Part shown: positions 60,397-64,000 of the stretch, piece after piece | How the letters are laid out: each line of letters opens with the position of its first letter | How positions within the stretch are numbered: position 1 is the stretch's first letter | Source of the DNA: Myxococcota bacterium | GTDB taxonomy: Bacteria > Myxococcota_A > UBA9160 > UBA6930 | Length of the DNA: 64,000 nt | Direction of reading: 5' to 3' | Assembly: GCA_965223415.1 (NCBI GenBank) | Contig: OZ245002.1 | Location: 3,296,001 to 3,360,000, forward strand | Position numbers and translations under genes: made by a program | Notes under the pieces: generated by a model | Databases searched by the model: none | The model's input: the letters and a program-made list of their open reading frames with translations, nothing else | What the model was told of the DNA's origin: nothing

Positions 60397-60545
60397 CGCG
60401 ATCCCCGCCGCCGGCGGCGCTGGCCCTCCCGCCGGCCCCAGTCGATCCCCGTGTACTTCGGGCAGAAGGCGGGTTAGCCCGGGCCGGGTGCCTGGCGCCG
60501 ACCAGCGTCCTATCCTCCGGCGTTCTTCACCGAGAGGAGCGCCCC

Positions 60546-61994
60546 GTGAGCAGCGAATACGGCGTCGTCGACGCGAGCACCATCTCCAGCTGGGACGAGG
60601 AGGCGGACGTGGTCGTCGTTGGCCTCGGCTCGGCGGGCAGCTGCGCCGCCATCGAGGCGCGGGAAGCCGGCGCCGACGTGCTGGTGCTCGAGCGGGCCAG
60701 CGGCGGCGGTGGGCTCACGGCCTCCGCGGCGGGGCATCTCTACATGGGCGGCGGCACCCGGGTGCAGAAGGCCGTCGGCATCGACGACAGCGTCGAGGCC
60801 ATGTTCACCTACCTCATGGCCGTGACGCCCGAGCCGGACGAGGAGAAGATCCGCCTCTACTGCGACGAGAGCGTCGAGCATTTCGACTGGCTGGTGGCGC
60901 AGGGCGTTCCCTTCAAGGACAGCATCCACCGCGAGAAGAACGTGGTGCAGATGACCGACGAATGCCTGATCGAGTCGGGCAACGAGGCGGCCTGGCCCTT
61001 CGCCGACATGGCGAAGGCGGCGCCCCGCGGCCACAAGGTGGCCATGGAGGGTGAAGCCGGCGGCGCGAAGCTGATCGAGAAGCTGGTCGAGGCGGCGGAG
61101 AAGCTCGGCGTGCGGATCACCACCGACGCGGCGGTGAAGCAGCTCGTGCGCGAGGGAGAGCGGATCGTCGGCGTTCGCTACAAGGGCTTCGAGGGCGAGC
61201 GCTGCGTGCGCGCCCGCAAGGGCGTCATCCTCGCCGCCGGCCAGTTCGGCATGAACCCGGAGATGGTGAAGCGCTACTGCAAGAACCTGTCCGACGACCG
61301 GATCGAGAAGCAGGGCTCCACCTTCGACGACGGCGTCGGCCACCAGCTCGGCGAGGCCGCCGGCGGCGTGCTCGACCACATGGACGGCAACCTGGTCACG
61401 TCGCCCTTCTACCCGCCGGAGAAGCTCATCTACGGAATCCTCGTCAACAAGAACGGCGAGCGCTTCGTCAACGAGGACTCCTACCACTCGAAGACCAGCA
61501 TCATGTGCCTCGAGCAGCCGGACGGCGTCGCGTACCTCATCGCCGACGATTCCTTCTACGAGCGCCCGCTCTTCCAATGGCAGGAGCTGGTCGACGCCTG
61601 GGATGACGTGGCCAGCATGGAGAAGGACCTGGGCATGCCCGAGGGCTCGCTGCAGGCGACGATCGCCGCCTACAACGAGAACGCGGAGAAGGGCGAGGAC
61701 CCCACCTTCCACAAGTCGGCGAAGTGGCTGAAGCCGCTCGTGAACCCGCCCTACGCGGCCCTCGACATGTCCGTCGGCAAGGCCAACTACGTGGGCTTCC
61801 CCCTCGGCGGACTGCGGGTGACGATCGACGCCGAGGTCGTTCGCGAGGACGGCTCGGTGGTCGCGGGCCTCTATGCCGTGGGCGGCTGTGCGTCGAACCT
61901 CGCCCAGGACGGGCTCGGCTACTCGAGCGGCACCTGCATCGGCGAGTCGACCTTCTTCGGCCGGCGCGCCGGCCGGCACGTGGCGAAGGGCTGA
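60546..61994 (+). CDS. FAD-dependent 3-ketosteroid delta4-(5alpha)-dehydrogenase-like flavoprotein
   Basis: WDEEADVVVVGLGSAG, YMGGGT.VQKA.G.DDS, APRGH, ERFVNED, GGLR, GLYAVG, YSSGTCIG. Confidence 0.78.
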   Translation: MSSEYGVVDASTISSWDEEADVVVVGLGSAGSCAAIEAREAGADVLVLERASGGGGLTASAAGHLYMGGGTRVQKAVGIDDSVEAMFTYLMAVTPEPDEEKIRLYCDESVEHFDWLVAQGVPFKDSIHREKNVVQMTDECLIESGNEAAWPFADMAKAAPRGHKVAMEGEAGGAKLIEKLVEAAEKLGVRITTDAAVKQLVREGERIVGVRYKGFEGERCVRARKGVILAAGQFGMNPEMVKRYCKNLSDDRIEKQGSTFDDGVGHQLGEAAGGVLDHMDGNLVTSPFYPPEKLIYGILVNKNGERFVNEDSYHSKTSIMCLEQPDGVAYLIADDSFYERPLFQWQELVDAWDDVASMEKDLGMPEGSLQATIAAYNENAEKGEDPTFHKSAKWLKPLVNPPYAALDMSVGKANYVGFPLGGLRVTIDAEVVREDGSVVAGLYAVGGCASNLAQDGLGYSSGTCIGESTFFGRRAGRHVAKG

Positions 61995-61998
61995 GGCG

Positions 61999-63288
61999 TC
62001 ACTCCGGCCAGCGCTCGATCACCCCGCTCTTCATCACGAAGTCGATGCGCTCGAGGACGGTGACGTCCGCCGCCGGGTCGCCGGGGGCGGCCACCACGTC
62101 CGCGAGCTTCCCCGCTTCGAGGCTGCCGAGTCGGTCCGAGACGCCGAGCAGCTCCGCCGCGCTCCGGGTGGCAGCGCGGATCGCCTCCAGGGGCGGCATG
62201 CCGGCCTCTACCATCAGGGCAAACTCCCTGGCGTTCTCGCCGTGGGGGGAGACGCCGGTGTCGGTACCGAAGGCGATCTTCACGCCGCGCTCGTAGGCGC
62301 GACCGAAGGTGACGCGGATCTTCGGGCCGATGGACGCGGCCTTCGGCCGTACCGCCTCGGGGAAGAAGCCCGGGATCTCCGCCTTCTCGGCCACCCACTC
62401 CCCGGCCAGGATGGTCGGGACGTACCAGGTCCCGTGCTTCCGCATCAGATCCATGCCCTCGTCGTCCATCAGCGTGCCGTGGTCGATGGTGTGGACGCCG
62501 GCTCGGACCGCACGGCGGATGCCCTCGGCCCCGTGGGCGTGCGCCGCGACGTGCAGGCCGTAGTCCTGCGCGGTCCCGACGATCGCCCCCAGCTCCTCGT
62601 CGGTGAACTGCGGGTTCTGGCCGCTCTTCGCCACGCTGAGGACGCCACCCGTGGCGGTGATCTTGATCAGGTCGGCGCCGTTCTTGTAGCGCTGGCGCAC
62701 GGCCTTGCGGGCCTCTTCGGGGCCGTTGACGACCCCGGCCTCGGCCCCCGGGTCGCCCATCAGGTCGCGGCGCATGCCGTTGGTGGGGTCTGCGTGTCCG
62801 CCGGTGGTGGCGATCGACTTCTCCGCCGCGAAGATCCGCGGGCCGCGAACGATGCCGGCGCGGATGGCGCTACGCAACGCCACCACGGCGCCGCCGCGCC
62901 CACCCAGATCGCGCACCGTCGTGAAGCCGGCGCGCAGGGTCTTCTCCCCGTTCGCGACCGCCCGGATGGCGTAATCCGTCGCATTCAGGGTGAAGCGCTC
63001 CACGTTCGACCGGGCGCTGTACTCCGCGCTCAGGTGGACGTGCATGTCCATCAGGCCGGGCATGCAGGTGTGGCTGCGGAGGTCGACCTCCCGGCTTCCC
63101 CCCACCGGCGGCGCCCCGTCGAGCACTGCGCGGATCCGGTCGCCGTCGACGACGATCGTCGACGGGCCGCGCAGGGCGGCGTTCTCCGCGTCCACCCGTC
63201 CGCCGCAGCGCAGGGCGACGATCTCGGCCGCGGCGCTCGCGGAGGCGATCGTCAGAAGCAGGGCGAGAAGCGAGGTTCGTGCCGTCAT
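61999..63288 (-). CDS. Secreted metal-dependent amidohydrolase (Xaa-Pro dipeptidase-like)
   Basis: Signal peptide; PGLMDMHVH, GFTTVRD, IKITATGGV, AAHAHG, IDHG, FGTDTG, GSLEAGKLAD. Confidence 0.88.
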   Translation of the reverse strand: MTARTSLLALLLTIASASAAAEIVALRCGGRVDAENAALRGPSTIVVDGDRIRAVLDGAPPVGGSREVDLRSHTCMPGLMDMHVHLSAEYSARSNVERFTLNATDYAIRAVANGEKTLRAGFTTVRDLGGRGGAVVALRSAIRAGIVRGPRIFAAEKSIATTGGHADPTNGMRRDLMGDPGAEAGVVNGPEEARKAVRQRYKNGADLIKITATGGVLSVAKSGQNPQFTDEELGAIVGTAQDYGLHVAAHAHGAEGIRRAVRAGVHTIDHGTLMDDEGMDLMRKHGTWYVPTILAGEWVAEKAEIPGFFPEAVRPKAASIGPKIRVTFGRAYERGVKIAFGTDTGVSPHGENAREFALMVEAGMPPLEAIRAATRSAAELLGVSDRLGSLEAGKLADVVAAPGDPAADVTVLERIDFVMKSGVIERWPE

Positions 63289-63324
63289 GGGCGGGAGCTT
63301 GGCACAGGCCGCTATCCTGTCGCG

Positions 63325-63978
63325 ATGGCGCGGGCTCCGGCACGCAGCGTGGACGAGTCGGTCCACTACCTGAACACCCACGGCGCTCGGGTGGCGTACG
63401 ACCCGGCCTTCCTCGCGGAGCACGAAGCCCGCGAGCTCCTGCCCCGGCTCCTCGCAGAGCTCGAGTTCGACGCGCCGGAGGTCTCGCGAATGCGCCAGCC
63501 CTTCACGGGCCGATGGGTCGAGCTGCCGCGGCGCCAGGCTGGCTACGGCGATTCGGGCACCGCCTACGCCTTCTCCGGGAGCGAGGTGCCGGCGCGGCCC
63601 TGGACGCCGCTTCTCCGGGAGCTGCGCGCGCGGCTCCGCCAGGCGACCGACGTCGACCCCAACTACGTGCTCGCGAACCTCTACCGGAACGGGGCGGACC
63701 ACGTGGGATGGCACACGGACGACGAGCGCGATCTCGGCCCGGAGCCCCTGATCCTCTCGCTCTCCTTCGGCGCCACCCGCGATTTCCAGTTCCGCAGGCG
63801 CGGCGAAGCGGCACGGGCCTTCGACACGGTCAGCCTGCCCCTCGTCTCCGGGAGCCTGCTCGTCATGCGCCATCCCACGAACGCGAGCTGGAAGCACCAG
63901 CTGCCGCGCCGCGGGGGGAAGCGGCCGGAACGGGTGGGTCCGCGCCTCAACCTGACCTGGCGCTGGATCCACCGGTAG
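63325..63978 (+). CDS. AlkB-family 2OG-Fe(II) dioxygenase (ALKBH2/3-like)
   Basis: LPRRQA, NLYRNG.DHVGWHTDDE (HxD), SLSFGATR, WKHQLP, RLNLTWR. Confidence 0.88.
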   Translation: MARAPARSVDESVHYLNTHGARVAYDPAFLAEHEARELLPRLLAELEFDAPEVSRMRQPFTGRWVELPRRQAGYGDSGTAYAFSGSEVPARPWTPLLRELRARLRQATDVDPNYVLANLYRNGADHVGWHTDDERDLGPEPLILSLSFGATRDFQFRRRGEAARAFDTVSLPLVSGSLLVMRHPTNASWKHQLPRRGGKRPERVGPRLNLTWRWIHR

Positions 63979-64000
63979 GAGGGAAGCCGTCATGGAGCGA

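Noticed and set aside
60190..60477. 95-aa plus-strand ORF
   Set aside because: No RBS or motif; it is the antisense shadow of the ECF sigma remnant
63300..63315. TGGCAC as a sigma54 promoter before the alkB-like gene
   Set aside because: The GC dinucleotide is not at the required GG-N10-GC spacing; a TATCCT -10 explains the site better
63992..64000. ATG after GGAGG at the window end
   Set aside because: Probably the start of the next gene, but only three codons are visible

Overview
GC-rich chromosomal window from a diderm bacterium, most likely a deltaproteobacteria-like (Myxococcota-type) lineage. This placement is an inference from bamD, DUF1844 and the pgpA-cinA-thpR-recA-pilT-alaS and ispE-tRNA(Gln)-rplY-pth...rpsF-rpsR-rplI-dnaB gene orders. 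The left end carries a complete actinobacterial-type Pup-proteasome locus (arc/mpa, dop, pup with an unusual N-terminal extension, prcB, prcA, pafA), which is unexpected in such a host. It is followed by an orphan mreB, an MBOAT gene converging on a ruvX-mltG-SCP2-SGNH operon, housekeeping blocks, nhaA, pdxR-pdxST, and a divergent 11-gene glyco-modification cluster (aminosugar synthesis, deacetylases, GT2, paired SMR-like flippases, ArnT-like GT-C, sulfotransferase). The right end holds a menA-like gene, an intact DDE insertion sequence, a GIY-YIG nuclease, an AOR-family oxidoreductase with a MoaD-like protein, an ECF sigma remnant, a ketosteroid dehydrogenase-like enzyme, an amidohydrolase and an alkB-like gene. 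Non-coding signals include two copies of a ~175-bp structured inverted-repeat element, two related long palindromes with compensatory changes, a shared sigma28-like motif before pafA and mreB, a putative S6:S18 leader and many apparently leaderless genes. All calls come from motif recognition by eye; no searches were run.
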